Shown here piece by piece: positions 57,357 to 64,000 of a stretch of 64,000 nucleotides of DNA. Below the pieces are notes generated by a model. That model did not search any database. It saw nothing but the letters and a program-made list of their open reading frames with translations, and was not told the origin of the DNA. Source of the stretch: Bdellovibrio sp. Lineage in GTDB: Bacteria > Bdellovibrionota > Bdellovibrionia > Bdellovibrionales > Bdellovibrionaceae. Positions within the stretch are counted from its first letter, which is position 1. Every line of letters begins with the position of its first letter. The stretch is from positions 2,496,001-2,560,000 of the forward strand of contig JAKFCY010000002.1 in the NCBI GenBank assembly GCA_036676395.1, read 5' to 3'. The translations under genes were made by a program, and so were the position numbers.

Positions 57357-59180
57357 CTATTTCGGTTGAGCTGCGGCTCTGTCTTCTAAAAACTTTTCAG
57401 CTTGAGCATTCAGCTTGATGCCGACTTCGTTTAATTGATCGCGGTTCACTGGGCTTGGGCAGTCTGACATTAAGCAAGACGCTTGCGCTGTTTTCGGGAA
57501 GGCGATCACTTCGCGGATAGCTTCAGTTTGTGTTAATAACATCACCAAACGATCCATACCCCAGGCGATACCCCCGTGTGGAGGAGTTCCGTATTTTAAA
57601 GCTTCTAAGAAGAAACCGAATTTCGCTTTTGCTTCTTCTTCAGATAATCCTAATAAACGGAAAACCGCGGCTTGGATTTCTTGTTTGTACACACGGATTG
57701 ATCCGCCACCCATTTCGTAGCCGTTACAAACTAAGTCGTAAGCTTTAGCTAACATGTGTGGATATGCTTTTTCGTTGTTATTAATCATATCCTGGAAATA
57801 TTCATCAGTTGGAGACGTGAACGGATGGTGACGCGAGAACCAACGTTTATCTTCTGGGAAGTACTCTAGTAATGGGAAATCAACAATCCATAAGAAATTG
57901 TATTTGTTGAAATCGATTAATTTTAATTCGCGACCTAAGTGATTACGTAACGCTGAGAGCGCCGAGCACGCTGGATCATAATCATCAGCAACGATTAAAC
58001 CGCAGTCTTTATCACCGCAACCTAAAGTTTTAAATACTAATTGCAATTTTTCTTGCGAGATAAATTTTGAAGCCGGAGACGCGATTGTGCCGTCAGCTTC
58101 TTTTTTCATCCAGACTAAGCCTTTTGCTCCGCCTTTTTTCGCGATCTCAGTTAATTTATCAAATTGACCACGGGAGAAAGCTTGTCCGCCTGGAACAGCT
58201 AAACCGCGCACGATGCCCTTACGAGCTAAAGTGTCGTCAAAAACTTTGAAACCTGAATTTTGTAAAACTTCTTCTAATTTTACGATGTGCATTTCAAAAC
58301 GTGTGTCTGGTTTATCATTACCGTATTTATCCATTGATTCGAAATACGTCATACGCTGAAGAGCTGGCACATCGATGCCTTTGATTTCTTTCCAGATCAT
58401 ACGAAGCATTTTTTCATTGATCTCGATGATGTCTTCAACGTCGATGAATGACATCTCCATATCGATCTGAGAAAATTCTGGCTGACGATCTGCACGTAAA
58501 TCTTCGTCACGGAAACAACGGGCAATCTGAAAATAACGATCGTAGCCGGCTACCATCAATAACTGTTTTAATAATTGCGGCGATTGCGGTAAGGCATAGA
58601 AGTTTCCGGGATTTACACGTGAAGGCACTAAATAATCGCGTGCACCTTCTGGAGTAGATTTAAATAAAATCGGAGTTTCAACTTCAATAAAGCCATTGTC
58701 AGATAAAAATTCACGCACTAAGCGCGCCACTTTGTGACGAGTGATCATGTGATGCTGTAAACGTGGAGAACGTAAATCTAAATAACGGTGTTTTAAACGT
58801 AAAACTTCGTTAACGTTTTCATCTTCGATTTGAAACGGAGGAGTTTCTGCTTTATTTAAAACTTCGCAACGAATGGCTTCGATTTCGATTTCGCCAGTTT
58901 TTATTTTTGTATTTTTCATGCCGTCTGGGCGAGCGCGAACAACACCTTCTAAAGCAACTACGAATTCGCCGCGAAACTCTTTTGCTGACGCGGTCTCTGC
59001 TTTCGATGGATCAAGAACAACCTGAACAATACCTTCACGGTCGCGAAGATCGATGAAAATTAGACTTCCGTGGTCACGACGAACGTTAACCCACCCCATC
59101 AAGACAACTTTTTGCCCCACATGGTTGCTGTTTAATTCGCCACAGTAATTCGTTCTTTTTAACTCTCTTACAAATTTCAT
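57357..59180 (-). CDS. aspS: aspartate--tRNA ligase
   Basis: [52 protein letters not shown]. Confidence 0.97.
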   Translation of the reverse strand: MKFVRELKRTNYCGELNSNHVGQKVVLMGWVNVRRDHGSLIFIDLRDREGIVQVVLDPSKAETASAKEFRGEFVVALEGVVRARPDGMKNTKIKTGEIEIEAIRCEVLNKAETPPFQIEDENVNEVLRLKHRYLDLRSPRLQHHMITRHKVARLVREFLSDNGFIEVETPILFKSTPEGARDYLVPSRVNPGNFYALPQSPQLLKQLLMVAGYDRYFQIARCFRDEDLRADRQPEFSQIDMEMSFIDVEDIIEINEKMLRMIWKEIKGIDVPALQRMTYFESMDKYGNDKPDTRFEMHIVKLEEVLQNSGFKVFDDTLARKGIVRGLAVPGGQAFSRGQFDKLTEIAKKGGAKGLVWMKKEADGTIASPASKFISQEKLQLVFKTLGCGDKDCGLIVADDYDPACSALSALRNHLGRELKLIDFNKYNFLWIVDFPLLEYFPEDKRWFSRHHPFTSPTDEYFQDMINNNEKAYPHMLAKAYDLVCNGYEMGGGSIRVYKQEIQAAVFRLLGLSEEEAKAKFGFFLEALKYGTPPHGGIAWGMDRLVMLLTQTEAIREVIAFPKTAQASCLMSDCPSPVNRDQLNEVGIKLNAQAEKFLEDRAAAQPK

Positions 59181-59255
59181 ACTAATCCCGATTTCTACAA
59201 TTTTTTGCGTTTTGCGCGTCTTTTTCTGGTGTTCAAGCCAGTATAGAACAGCTAG

Positions 59256-59293
59256 AGTATAATAATTGACAAACGCGAGTCAAAACTCATCTT
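59256..59293. promoter_or_regulatory. overlapping divergent sigma70-type promoters (aspS / 59313 operon)
   Basis: Plus strand TTGACA-N16-CATCTT; minus strand TTGACT-N16-TATACT. Confidence 0.55.
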
Positions 59294-59312
59294 TAATTAG
59301 GAGTGAAATAAT

Positions 59313-59618
59313 ATGCCTAAACTGAACTTCGAAATGCCTGCCGCATTAACGGCTGACCAGGCTTTTACTAAGATCCAAACGTTTTTGAACTCGGATAATA
59401 ACTTTAAGAAGTTCGATCCCAAGGTTTCTGCGACTTTTGACCAGTCTAACAAATCATGTCAAATCAACGGTTCCCAATTTAAAGCTGATTTAAAGATCAA
59501 ACCCCAAGCTGATCAGTGTTCGGTGGCTATTGAAGTGGACATCCCGTTTGCATTAACCCTGTTCAAGGGAAAAATTAAAGAAGAAATCGAAAAAGCCTTT
59601 AAAAAGGTATTAACGTAG
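59313..59618 (+). CDS. polyhydroxyalkanoic-acid-system family small protein
   Basis: About 100 aa; GSQFKA, VDIPFALTLFKGKIKEEIEK C-terminus; AGGAG RBS. Confidence 0.6.
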   Translation: MPKLNFEMPAALTADQAFTKIQTFLNSDNNFKKFDPKVSATFDQSNKSCQINGSQFKADLKIKPQADQCSVAIEVDIPFALTLFKGKIKEEIEKAFKKVLT

Positions 59619-59624
59619 CGTTCT

Positions 59625-60758
59625 ATGTCTAAGAAAAAAGCCAGCACGAAAAAGGTGTCTGCTAAAAAAGTACCCGCAAAAAAAGTTAGTTCTAAAAAAA
59701 CTGCCGTTAAGTCGGCGGTTAAAAAAGCGATTACAAAATTAAAAGCACCTAAAGATAAAATCAAAAAAGTTCATGCCGTTCTGGTCGAAGATCACCATGA
59801 ACACGATGAACCTATTGATGTTCATGCGCAGGCTGACTTAGACGAAGCCCAAGCGGCTGATGAACTTGAGATTGAACAACCGACTCACCAGTTACCTTCG
59901 ATTGTATCTGATCAAGGTGTACGTTCGCGTGACCCTTTAACCACTTACTTAAATGAAATTCGTAAATATCCGGTGCTGAGCCGCGAAGACGAAATGAAAT
60001 TAGCTAAAAGATATTTTGAAACTAAAGACCCGGAAGCCGCGCAAGCCTTGGTGCGGGCGAATTTACGCTTTGTCGTAAAAATTGCCGCTGAATATGCCCG
60101 TTTTTCTTCGCGCATGATTGATCTTATTCAAGAAGGCAACGTTGGCCTTATGCATGCGGTGAAAGATTATAACCCTTACAAAGGCGCACGTCTTATCACT
60201 TATGCTGTATGGTGGATTCGTGGTTATATTCAAGAGTATTTGATGCGCCAATTTTCAATGGTGCGTATCGGAACAACCGCTAATCAAAGAAAATTATTTT
60301 ATCAATTACAGCGCCAAAAAAACGAACTTGAAAAAATGTCTTCACCAGAAAATATCGCGCAACTTTCGCATAAATTAGGAATCCCTAAAGACGAAGTTGA
60401 AGAAATGGCAAAACGTGTTTCAGGCCGCGATGTCAGTCTTGACAAAACTAGTGATGACGATGGCGGCGGAACATTATCTTTGGGCAGCATTCTAAGTAAA
60501 GAAGATGGCAGCCTGCCACTAGATGAACAGCTGGCTTTAAGCGAGCAACTTAAATTTTTAAAAGACGCGATCGATTCTATTAAAGCTGATTTAAATGAAA
60601 AAGAAAAAATCATCCTTGAAGAACGTGTCTTAAATGAAGAGCCCCTGACTTTACAGGAAATCGGCGAAAAATATCATATTACCCGCGAAGCTGTTCGCCA
60701 GAATGAAGCCCGCCTGATCAATAAAATTAAAACCGCACTTGCCCAGTTAATGAAATAG
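59625..60758 (+). CDS. RpoH (sigma32)-like sigma70-family factor with N-terminal Lys-rich then acidic extension
   Basis: YLNEIRKYP, ANLRFVVKIA, DLIQEGNVGL, YAVWWIRG, RpoH-box-like QRKLFYQL, TLQEIGEKYHITREAVRQ. Confidence 0.9.
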   Translation: MSKKKASTKKVSAKKVPAKKVSSKKTAVKSAVKKAITKLKAPKDKIKKVHAVLVEDHHEHDEPIDVHAQADLDEAQAADELEIEQPTHQLPSIVSDQGVRSRDPLTTYLNEIRKYPVLSREDEMKLAKRYFETKDPEAAQALVRANLRFVVKIAAEYARFSSRMIDLIQEGNVGLMHAVKDYNPYKGARLITYAVWWIRGYIQEYLMRQFSMVRIGTTANQRKLFYQLQRQKNELEKMSSPENIAQLSHKLGIPKDEVEEMAKRVSGRDVSLDKTSDDDGGGTLSLGSILSKEDGSLPLDEQLALSEQLKFLKDAIDSIKADLNEKEKIILEERVLNEEPLTLQEIGEKYHITREAVRQNEARLINKIKTALAQLMK

Positions 60759-60777
60759 ACCCATACTAAAAGAGCCG

Positions 60778-61626
60778 ATGAGAAATTCTGCTCTTTTTTT
60801 ATTTTTTGCTTTTCTATTCGTGTGTTTGCAACAAGCACAAGCTTATAAAGTTTTAGAAATTCGTAATAATAAAATCTTAGTCGACCTAGAAGGACAGATT
60901 CTAGAACGCGGTGATTATTTAAAAACTCTTCCGAATGCAGAATTTCAAGGCCGCGCTATTGTTATCACTATCCGCCCTGGCCAAGCTATCGGTAAACTTC
61001 AAGATGGTAATTTCACTGTCGGCGAACAAGTCACAAGAATCAAAGCCGATCCAAAGTTTAATGAAGAAGCTATTAAAGTTTCGTTACAATTTAAATATTT
61101 AAACAACGGGATTTCAATCAAACAAAGAGATAACAGCTTTCCAACGCCAAATTCAGAAACCGTCACAATGACCGGTTCTAGTGTTGGTGGCTTTGCGGTT
61201 ATTGACTGGCCCACGGATTGGTTTTTATTGCGCGGTTCATTAGGTGTGGAACCCGTAGAAGTTAAAGGAACAGCAAGATTTAATTCTTGTTTGAGCAAGA
61301 CATCTACAAATTGCACGGTCGACATTAATTATATCGCAGCCTCGGCAGCGATCCGTTATGATTACTACCGCAAAAACCGCCTAGTTACTTGGGTGGCGGC
61401 AGGATCTGGAATTAAATTTCCCTTAAATAAAAGTTCAACATCTTTAAACAAAGGCGCTATCGGTATTGCGAACTCAATTTTAGTAAGTACCGGCGCAGAT
61501 TATTTGATCACTAAAAAATATTTTATTCCGGTCGGAATGGAGTATCACTACTCATTAAATTATTCAGAGAAAGTTCCCGTTATTAGCCAGTTTGCCTTGC
61601 ATGCGGGTATCGGTATGGAATTTTAA
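60778..61626 (+). CDS. outer-membrane beta-barrel protein
   Basis: Signal peptide AQA|Y; alternating strands; C-terminal AGIGMEF. Confidence 0.7.
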   Translation: MRNSALFLFFAFLFVCLQQAQAYKVLEIRNNKILVDLEGQILERGDYLKTLPNAEFQGRAIVITIRPGQAIGKLQDGNFTVGEQVTRIKADPKFNEEAIKVSLQFKYLNNGISIKQRDNSFPTPNSETVTMTGSSVGGFAVIDWPTDWFLLRGSLGVEPVEVKGTARFNSCLSKTSTNCTVDINYIAASAAIRYDYYRKNRLVTWVAAGSGIKFPLNKSSTSLNKGAIGIANSILVSTGADYLITKKYFIPVGMEYHYSLNYSEKVPVISQFALHAGIGMEF

Positions 61627-61636
61627 ATTATTACAG

Positions 61637-63679
61637 CTAAGGCGTAAGCGTTACATAGGAATGAACTTTACCATATGAATCGACGAAACGAACTACGCCC
61701 GAATCAATAAAATATATTCTTTCGTTGGCGCCCACAAAAGTATCCCATAGATCCAGTTCGCAGGCTGTTTTTCCGGTTCCATTAGCACAAAGTGATGCGA
61801 AGTTCTGAAATCCGCGCCCTACTTGTGTATCCCAAGAGCTGCCATTGTAACGTCGAACATAACCTTCAAGACGATTCATTGAATAAAGATTGCCTGTGCG
61901 CGAGACGAATAAATTATTATTACTGAAATAACTAGGCACTATAAAATTTAGCGCAGCAGCTGGAACGGCCACACCGTCTTCGCCAAATACAGACATAGTC
62001 TGAAAAGCACACGATGTATCGTCATCACAAAGTCGCGCATAGATATAAGATATATCTTTATTGGTCGTATCGTAAGTTACACCCATACCACCGTAAGGCC
62101 ACAAGGCATCAACAGCCTGGTCTGAATCACCGCTTACACCAGTACCTGATAACTTAATTGAAATGATTTTAATATCACGGTCTGGACGATACACGCGTAA
62201 ACGAAAACGATCAGTTTCATCAGGTAAAACAGAATTATCTAATTCTTTGAGCGGATCTTCTGAGTTAAAAACAATCCAGTTATTCGGTAAAACTTGAAAT
62301 GTGCCATACCATAATAAATTATCATGGTAATCAATTTGTAAGTTAGTGGCTGTCGTAACAGTGCCTGATGTGTCAGATCCACCACCAACGATGGTTTCAA
62401 TCGTTTGCGAACCAGGTGCTTCATTTAAATTAATTCGGCGAATACGATCATAATCAAAGATAATTAAATTTTCTTCGCGATCAAGAGCGATACGCATTGG
62501 CTTTTTAACTGAAGCTATAGCCAATAGCCCGTCAGCTATTGTACCTGTTTGTGGCACGATCACAGTTTGAGTTCCCGTAACTGGATTTACTTTAACAATC
62601 CCACGCACTTTATCGCGGATATAAACGATTCCTGCAGAATCTACCACAAACATTTGTGGATCTAACAACGAAGCATCAGAATCATACGGAGCTGTCGGAC
62701 TATCTGTTTTATTCATTACCGTTACACTGTTAACCACAACATGACTTGATACAGCTCCGCCAGTGATTGTTTTACCTGTGCAGTTTACACCCGCACAAGT
62801 GCGCGTATAGACATCGGTAATATCAGTATTTGTTACACCCACTGGCGAAGATGCTACCAGTGTTAATTCACTTTGATTATGAGCATAGTCACGAGCCCAA
62901 AGAGTTGTGGTCATACTTGCCATCGTCGTAAATCCGTAAAAGAACGGAATACTGACATTAGATAGTGAGGTTTCGCCAGATGAACCAGTTAAACTATTTA
63001 CATTTAACCAGCACGCATCAGTTTCAGTGGGAGCTGTTGTCGTAAAATGTTTAAGACAAACATCTTTGATCGGCGATAGCGAAAAAGTATCTGTGATATT
63101 CGGAAGTGAAATCGTAGAAAATCCAGTTGAAACGTCTCCGTCAATATGACCAAAATTCATTCCCAGCATAATGGGTGCACAAGAATCTACGGTAAACATT
63201 CCCGGTGTTACTTCTAGTGTCGGAAACGCATCCGGACGACCGCGGGTTAATACACGAATTTTATAATTGTTGCCATCGCTGACCTGGCTTGACGCCAAAC
63301 AATCTAATTCGCGTGGCACTGACCAATTAAAAACAGTTTCTTCACCAGAATTGGTCGCAAAATCGTTACCATCTTGGCCTGTTGATGACGTCATTACGGT
63401 CCATGTTAAACCTGCATCACGACTATATTCAATCGTGCTTGAGTTCGAATCTAATGTTGGATCAGTAATAGTTAAATGGACTTGGTATAACACTCCACCT
63501 TTAACATATTCACCACCGCGTAATGATTCAATCACCACAATTGGGGACTGACCATTCATGGGTGGGCTTTCAGAAGCCGGTGTTACCGGATCTTGAATCG
63601 TGCTCTCACAGCCAGAGACTGTTAACATCCCTGCTAATAAAACACTTAAATAAATGAAAAGTTTTTTAGTCTTTAGCAT
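61637..63679 (-). CDS. large lipoprotein with Ig-like N-region and NHL/beta-propeller C-region
   Basis: Lipobox VSGC; YSRDAGLTW Asp-box; PMRIALDREENLIIFD..RIRRI..IETIVGGG. Confidence 0.7.
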   Translation of the reverse strand: MLKTKKLFIYLSVLLAGMLTVSGCESTIQDPVTPASESPPMNGQSPIVVIESLRGGEYVKGGVLYQVHLTITDPTLDSNSSTIEYSRDAGLTWTVMTSSTGQDGNDFATNSGEETVFNWSVPRELDCLASSQVSDGNNYKIRVLTRGRPDAFPTLEVTPGMFTVDSCAPIMLGMNFGHIDGDVSTGFSTISLPNITDTFSLSPIKDVCLKHFTTTAPTETDACWLNVNSLTGSSGETSLSNVSIPFFYGFTTMASMTTTLWARDYAHNQSELTLVASSPVGVTNTDITDVYTRTCAGVNCTGKTITGGAVSSHVVVNSVTVMNKTDSPTAPYDSDASLLDPQMFVVDSAGIVYIRDKVRGIVKVNPVTGTQTVIVPQTGTIADGLLAIASVKKPMRIALDREENLIIFDYDRIRRINLNEAPGSQTIETIVGGGSDTSGTVTTATNLQIDYHDNLLWYGTFQVLPNNWIVFNSEDPLKELDNSVLPDETDRFRLRVYRPDRDIKIISIKLSGTGVSGDSDQAVDALWPYGGMGVTYDTTNKDISYIYARLCDDDTSCAFQTMSVFGEDGVAVPAAALNFIVPSYFSNNNLFVSRTGNLYSMNRLEGYVRRYNGSSWDTQVGRGFQNFASLCANGTGKTACELDLWDTFVGANERIYFIDSGVVRFVDSYGKVHSYVTLTP

Positions 63680-64000
63680 CTAGAATCCCACCACCAGTTG
63701 TAGTTCTGTATTTTTGAATTCGCGACTAAGACCTGCAGCAGTTTCAGCATTATAAGTTTCTGAATTATAGCCTGCACCGATCCAAAGTGGTTTTTTATTC
63801 ATTGTGAACTGGTAACGATACTCAACACCGATTTCAGTGTGAGATTTAATCACTTCAGACATCATACCAATCATATTCACGCGGGCGATCATACGATTTT
63901 TCGGATCAAATAAATAATCCGCGTAAAGCCCGTAACCCGCTTGGTTTGAAGACAGTTTTGCTGTTGATGATTTTTGCTGAACTGTAATTCCAGAAAAAAG
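63680..64000 (-). CDS. 3' part of an outer-membrane beta-barrel protein
   Basis: Frame is open to the window edge (LFSGITVQ...GYGLYADY...); ends LQLVVGF; abuts the lipoprotein start. Confidence 0.65.
   Translation of the reverse strand, partial: LFSGITVQQKSSTAKLSSNQAGYGLYADYLFDPKNRMIARVNMIGMMSEVIKSHTEIGVEYRYQFTMNKKPLWIGAGYNSETYNAETAAGLSREFKNTELQLVVGF

Noticed and set aside
59266..59283. TTGAC-N8-GTCAA palindrome as a regulator site
   Set aside because: Explained more simply by two opposed -35 hexamers of divergent promoters
578..63551. Many 60-140 aa ORFs nested in or antisense to identified genes
   Set aside because: No motifs or RBS and fully overlapping well-supported CDSs; treated as shadow ORFs

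Overview
A gene-dense chromosomal segment, roughly 40% GC by eye (not computed), most likely from a predatory Bdellovibrionota bacterium (Bdellovibrio/Pseudobdellovibrio-like). This assignment is inferred from the short 277-aa flagellin, the TIGR02147/DUF4423-type HTH protein, DUF4360-like secreted proteins and many Cys-containing secreted proteins and lipoproteins. Housekeeping genes include rlmN, a PfkB kinase, a heptose-7-P kinase, gdhA, pyrD, a MutT-like Nudix, HU/IHF, epmA, tldD/tldE, gcvP/T/H, tRNA-Leu(TAG), ilvE, an RlmI-like MTase, folD, aspS and an RpoH-like sigma factor. They are interleaved with secreted or lipoprotein genes of unknown function and a split Flp/Tad pilus locus. I saw no prophage, IS, integrase or CRISPR array. 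The most interesting observations are: (1) a three-gene cassette (DUF4360-like protein, TIGR02147 regulator, GNGGD/HE-motif plus DUF4360 fusion) behind a triple TGTTCCAA operator-like site; (2) a 758-aa secreted Gly/Gln/Met low-complexity protein with GGFQMP tandem repeats inside the Tad locus, divergent from a hybrid kinase-secretin-ATPase unit; (3) a RelE/HigB-type toxin broken by an internal deletion while its antitoxin, promoter and operator remain intact; (4) a 52-aa prepilin missed by the ORF track and a hairpin-occluded Flp RBS; (5) a putatively sigma28-driven NlpC/P60-like lipoprotein and an orphan STY0301/Tai2-like protein; (6) repeated TANNNT-N6-ATG leaderless starts. All family names come from motif recognition, not database searches.
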